The notes under the pieces were generated by a model. The model was not told where the DNA came from. It was given only the letters and a program-made list of their open reading frames with translations, and ran no database searches. Below, piece after piece: positions 59,877 to 64,000 of a stretch of DNA of 64,000 bases (positions are counted from its first letter, which is position 1; each line of letters starts with the position of its first letter). The position numbers and the translations under genes are program-made. The DNA is taken from contig CALSQY010000004.1 of the NCBI GenBank assembly GCA_943788615.1, positions 561,790 through 625,789 on the forward strand, read 5' to 3'. The stretch comes from an uncultured Cyclobacteriaceae bacterium. Its GTDB lineage: Bacteria > Bacteroidota > Bacteroidia > Cytophagales > Cyclobacteriaceae.

Positions 59877-60205
59877 ATTTCTTATTTGTTTGAAAGTAAA
59901 AGTAATTATAAACAATTGACTAGTTGTAATTAATTATTAATCAATAATTTACGAATAATAAAAACTATGAAATGATAGAATATGATACCTTGTTTTTTAT
60001 AAACTGTATTTTAAATTCATAATTCCGATTGAACTGTGAACTAAATTGAAACTCTTCAGGGTTGATTACCAAGTTGGTGAGTAGTCACTTTTATGAACAA
60101 ATCTAGATAAAGCTACTTTGAAAATCTTCATTTAAACCACTAAATGATTTCTGACCTCAAACTATCGGCTTATTTCTTCTTATGGAACCACATTTTAAGA
60201 AAATA

Positions 60206-61117
60206 CTAAAATGTTCTTATTGCACGAACGCGAGCCGGAGTTTCTTTCGAATAGCTGTGGTCATCAGCTCCAAATTTTAAATCCCAACACCAAGAATGAT
60301 CAGCATCATACTCTGAGGACGACCAATAATAGGAATCTAGTCCACCCCCCCCCAATGCAATAGACCGCTCACTGATTATAAAACTATTTAACCAAATGTA
60401 TTTCAACTCCTCTTTTGAGGGTAAGTACCAATCTGAATATTCTTGAGCAACAAGATCATTTGCTACTCTTGCAGCTATTCCAGCAGTTTGACATGTGGCC
60501 AATATGTCTTCTGTATTTTGCAATCCAGACCCTACTGTCAATGAGTCTGCACCCACTATTTCTGTCCCATTACAACCCCAAATGGCAGCATAATCATTGA
60601 GGTCACAAACTAACCCATGCTGACCTGTATCATCTACCCAAATTACAATACCTCCCTCTCTAAAGTCACCAATCAAAGCAGTTGTACTACAACCTAAAGT
60701 ATCTACCGCCTCATTAGCAGGAGTGTCTAAGCAATTGTCTACATTATCATTTACACCATCATTATCCAGATCTTCATATTCAAATACAGCAGTAACCTCT
60801 GTATTAAAGTTAATGATAAACGTAGTCGGATTCATCAATGCGGAAGAATCAGTAGTCCAGATAATAGTGTCACTTTCCCAATATTTAAATACATAATTTT
60901 CTGTGGAGGTTGCCTCAAGTACTACGGTAGTTCCTTCCTGATGAGGACCAGAGATTACAGAAATGGAGCCAGTATTTTCTGGTGATACCGTTGTTGACAA
61001 TGAATATTCACTCAATTGCAAAATGACAGCTTCCTCCTCTTTGCAAGAAATAGTCAATAATATGATGATCATTACAGAAAACAAACCCAAAGGTTTTAAA
61101 AATGAATAGGAAGTCAT
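60206..61117 (-). CDS. Surface lipoprotein paralogous to 57533-58615 (InlB-B-repeat-like, one TSP3-like repeat, DUF1566)
   Basis: Lipobox LTISCKEEE. DLDNDGVNDNVDNCLDTP. YSDWYLPSKEEL and YWSSSE. Confidence 0.7.
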   Translation of the reverse strand: MTSYSFLKPLGLFSVMIIILLTISCKEEEAVILQLSEYSLSTTVSPENTGSISVISGPHQEGTTVVLEATSTENYVFKYWESDTIIWTTDSSALMNPTTFIINFNTEVTAVFEYEDLDNDGVNDNVDNCLDTPANEAVDTLGCSTTALIGDFREGGIVIWVDDTGQHGLVCDLNDYAAIWGCNGTEIVGADSLTVGSGLQNTEDILATCQTAGIAARVANDLVAQEYSDWYLPSKEELKYIWLNSFIISERSIALGGGGLDSYYWSSSEYDADHSWCWDLKFGADDHSYSKETPARVRAIRTF

Positions 61118-61335
61118 TGAACCTCAATTTTTATGTTTAATTCTGATACAAACAACGGAAATTATAAGGGTTATTACAAGATAAATGACAGTATTAAAAT
61201 AAAATCATGAAACAAACCTACTGCTAGTATTGAATATTTTTTATTTAATTTACCTTGTTTTATAGACTTAATAGATTCCTTCAAATAGCTTGATTTTTTG
61301 CCTTATTAAATAAAGGACTAATTTAGATAAAAATT

Positions 61336-62313
61336 ATGAAAATTTTCGACCCCCTTAAATTAACTAATTTCCTATCCGCATTATGCTTAGTTTTTCTAAC
61401 AAGCTCATGTCAAAGTCCGCAAGAACTAGACGAGGTTACGCTCAAACTCAGCGATCAAAATATATTATATGTAAACTTCAGTTTAGGATTTATTATGCTT
61501 GGCGTAGCGCTCAAATTGCACATTAAAGATTTTGTTCTTGTCTTATCATCTCCGAAGTCAGTTTTAATAGGATTTATTTCCCAATTCTTAGCCCTTCCCT
61601 TTTTTACTTTTGTATTAGTATTAATTTTTAATCCTATGCCCAGTGTCGCCCTGGGCATGATGCTGGTAGCCGCATGCCCTGGAGGTAACATTTCCAACTT
61701 TATGACCTCCCTTGCCAATGGAAATGCAGCCTTATCCGTATGCATGACAGCCGTGGCAAGTGTTTGTGCGGTATTTATGACTCCTTTCAACATCTCCTTC
61801 TGGGGAAGTCTCTACCCTCCAACATCAGAAATTCTAAATACTGTCAATTTAGACTTTTGGGCTTTATTGAAAATCGTAGGCATAATTTTACTGATCCCTT
61901 TAATTTTAGGTATGGCAGTAAGGGCCTTTAGACCGAAAATAGCTGATTTCCTTCACCCTATCATGCACTATGGTTCTATCCTGATTTTTGCTGCTATAGT
62001 AATACTTGCCTTTCGTGCCAATATGGATTTATTTTTAAATTATGTTCATTTGATCGTGTTTATTGTTTTTACTCATAATGCAGTAGGTATCGCCACGGGA
62101 TTCGGATTAGCACGGCTTTTCAAATTACCCAAACCAGATCAAAAAACTTTAGCTATTGAAACTGGAATTCAAAATTCAGGATTAGGATTAGGCCTCATTT
62201 TTGCTTTTTTCAATGGCCTAGGAGGTATGGCTATCGTGGCTGGTTGGTGGGGTATTTGGCACATTATATCCGGATTAAGCCTTGCTTATTTTCTTAAAAA
62301 CAAAAGCCTTTAA
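61336..62313 (+). CDS. Bile acid:Na+ symporter (BASS/SBF) family transporter
   Basis: ACPGGNISNFMT and ETGIQNSGLGL are signature blocks. About 9-10 TM spans. Confidence 0.85.
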   Translation: MKIFDPLKLTNFLSALCLVFLTSSCQSPQELDEVTLKLSDQNILYVNFSLGFIMLGVALKLHIKDFVLVLSSPKSVLIGFISQFLALPFFTFVLVLIFNPMPSVALGMMLVAACPGGNISNFMTSLANGNAALSVCMTAVASVCAVFMTPFNISFWGSLYPPTSEILNTVNLDFWALLKIVGIILLIPLILGMAVRAFRPKIADFLHPIMHYGSILIFAAIVILAFRANMDLFLNYVHLIVFIVFTHNAVGIATGFGLARLFKLPKPDQKTLAIETGIQNSGLGLGLIFAFFNGLGGMAIVAGWWGIWHIISGLSLAYFLKNKSL

Positions 62314-62368
62314 AAATCTTATTGTCCCATCAAAAACGATAAAAATCGCACCATGACCAACCTTAAAT

Positions 62369-63223
62369 ATGAAAAAATACGTTTATACTCTAATCCTTGT
62401 AACTCTACTGCAATTTTCAGCTTTTTCTCAGCCCTACACTGAGCTGAGCGCACTTAAGTTTCAGAAATATTCAGCGGATGAAAATGAAGCTAATGAATAT
62501 TCTACAGCTGTCTTTGTTCCCATCGAAACAAAAAATAGTAACTATTTTCTTTTTGGAGCTGGACACAATAAACTTTTACTGAAAAATTCATCGAATCGAC
62601 CACTTGTCAGCAACTTAGAGGCTTTATCTATTCAGCTTGGTGGACTCATTAATTTAGACAATGATTGGAGTATGACTACGTTACTTGTCCAAAAAATCAG
62701 CTCTGATTTTGAAGATTTATCCAAAAAAGATTATCAAATAGGTGCATTAGGCTTTTTAACCAGGCAGTTAAATGAGCATGTAAAGTATAAACTGGGGTTG
62801 TTCTATAATCAGGAGTTTTGGGGTCCTCAAATATTTCCAATCCTTGGTTTTGATTTCATACTTTCGGATAAACTCCGCTTTTTCGGATTGCTTCCACGAA
62901 TGATCAACCTTGAATATCAATTTTCTAAATCTGGCTACATAGGATTTAAATTTAATATGAAAAGAACCTCTTACAGATTGGCGCAAAAGTATGCACACGG
63001 GTATGTTCAAGAGTTTAAGATTGAAACTCAAGCTTACATAGATTATTATCTCAATGATAGATATACTTTTTTTGGTGCTTTTGGTTATGCTCCTATTCGC
63101 AAATACAAAATTTTTGAAACAACGGGTCTTTTGCCAAAAGATAATTTAGTCAGATTTAATAATCAACTTATGGCGCATGTAGGTTTGGCCATTCGTATCC
63201 GATCCGATCGAACAGAAAAGTAA
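62369..63223 (+). CDS. Putative outer-membrane beta-barrel protein
   Basis: Signal peptide ending FSAFSQ. Alternating hydrophobic beta-strand pattern, rich in aromatics. Function unknown. Confidence 0.4.
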   Translation: MKKYVYTLILVTLLQFSAFSQPYTELSALKFQKYSADENEANEYSTAVFVPIETKNSNYFLFGAGHNKLLLKNSSNRPLVSNLEALSIQLGGLINLDNDWSMTTLLVQKISSDFEDLSKKDYQIGALGFLTRQLNEHVKYKLGLFYNQEFWGPQIFPILGFDFILSDKLRFFGLLPRMINLEYQFSKSGYIGFKFNMKRTSYRLAQKYAHGYVQEFKIETQAYIDYYLNDRYTFFGAFGYAPIRKYKIFETTGLLPKDNLVRFNNQLMAHVGLAIRIRSDRTEK

Positions 63224-63281
63224 AAATTTCTCAAAGTACTTTAATTCTTTTTACCTAGCCAAAGACTTAAACCTTTCCATC

Positions 63282-64000
63282 ATGATTTATACCCTAATTA
63301 AATATCTATTGAAAGTAACCATTTACTCTTATTTCAGAAGAGTATCAATCCACGGTCAAGAATACATACCTACCCAAGGACCTGTTATTTTTGTAGCCAA
63401 TCATCCCAGTGCTTTGATAGATCCATTGGTTGTGATCACCGGAATGAAAAGGAGGATAAACCCCATAGCCGCAGCCGAATTCTTTGGAGGTAAAATAACA
63501 ACCTGGATATTGAAAAAAAAGTTTCATATGATCCCCGTCTACCGACCCGACTTAACTAAAGATTTATCAAAAAAAAGCAATACTGATATGTTTACCCACT
63601 GCCATCAATTATTGCTTAATCAAGGAGCTTTATTAATTTTTCCAGAGGGTACCAGTGAGACCGATAAAGGTGTTCGAAACTTAAAAACGGGAGCTGCCAG
63701 GATCGCGCTAGATGCCGAACGTTTATCCAAAAAAAAAATAAAGGTTCAAATTATTCCTGTTGGATTAAATTACAGTAATTCCCATCAGTTTAGAAGTGAT
63801 CTATTTATAAAAGTTGGTCCTCCCATATTAACTGAAAATATCGATTCGAATACCAAACATCAAGTACATGATTTGACGTATTTAATTAAAATAGGACTGA
63901 TTGACACGCTACTCCATACCGGTTCAAAAGAATTAAATAGACTTACAAATTCAATAGAGAATTTTTATCAAAACTACCTTGAGGAATCTATGGAAATAAA
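63282..64000 (+). CDS. PlsC-type lysophospholipid/glycerol-phosphate acyltransferase (3' end lies outside the window)
   Basis: Not in the ORF track because there is no stop in the window. My translation from ATG 63282 gives ...GPVIFVANHPSALIDP... and ...LLIFPEGTSE..., which are acyltransferase blocks I and III. The frame stays open to base 64000. Confidence 0.75.
   Translation, partial: MIYTLIKYLLKVTIYSYFRRVSIHGQEYIPTQGPVIFVANHPSALIDPLVVITGMKRRINPIAAAEFFGGKITTWILKKKFHMIPVYRPDLTKDLSKKSNTDMFTHCHQLLLNQGALLIFPEGTSETDKGVRNLKTGAARIALDAERLSKKKIKVQIIPVGLNYSNSHQFRSDLFIKVGPPILTENIDSNTKHQVHDLTYLIKIGLIDTLLHTGSKELNRLTNSIENFYQNYLEESMEI

Noticed and set aside
1-64000. Search for CRISPR arrays, tRNA, rRNA or tmRNA genes.
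   Set aside because: I saw no regularly spaced direct repeats. I saw no GTTCGAATC-type T-arm in a non-coding context; the one near 4786 is inside the ROK gene. I saw no rRNA-like GC-rich conserved blocks.

Overview
This 64-kb window looks chromosomal and comes from a Bacteroidota genome. The evidence is a SusC/SusD pair, a T9SS C-terminal sorting domain and many Cys-lipobox lipoproteins. It is AT-rich (roughly 35-40% GC by eye) and probably from a marine polysaccharide degrader. No rRNA, tRNA or CRISPR array was seen.

Bases 1-45069 are mostly core genes:
- TolC fragment, a decayed OPT transporter, S41 protease and ROK kinase.
- A laminarin-type PUL: SusC (frameshifted), SusD, PKD/CBM lipoprotein, GH16.
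- A tight operon of 2OG oxygenase, TDO and a NagZ-NamZ fusion, next to an AmpD-like amidase.
- hrpB, a T9SS-secreted PAP2/vanadium-haloperoxidase-like protein, and GH13 amylase with a LacI regulator.
- A dapD...lysA cluster, an unusual MntR/DtxR-Feo locus, and mnmE.

A lower-GC accessory block of about 9 kb (about 45070-54150) starts directly after mnmE. It holds ORFans, decayed gene fragments, paralogous lipoproteins and two abutting degraded IS elements.

The right end carries an SRPBCC protein, a minimal Kv-type K+ channel, a decayed DUF2891 gene, a trio of surface lipoproteins (2x DUF1566 and one HExxH), a BASS transporter and a PlsC-type acyltransferase.

The signals I rate highest:
1. 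A membrane-anchored DtxR-like regulator fused to FeoA, in front of a two-gene (split) FeoB, with a perfect 10+4+10 palindrome upstream.
2. A 1-kb ORFan whose coding strand is almost free of cytosine (31 C in 1011 nt by hand count). Its product has no Ala, no Gln and one Pro.
3. An unusually high load of disrupted genes.

I cannot show from sequence alone that any of these is a new system. All domain calls come from motif recognition by eye, not from searches.
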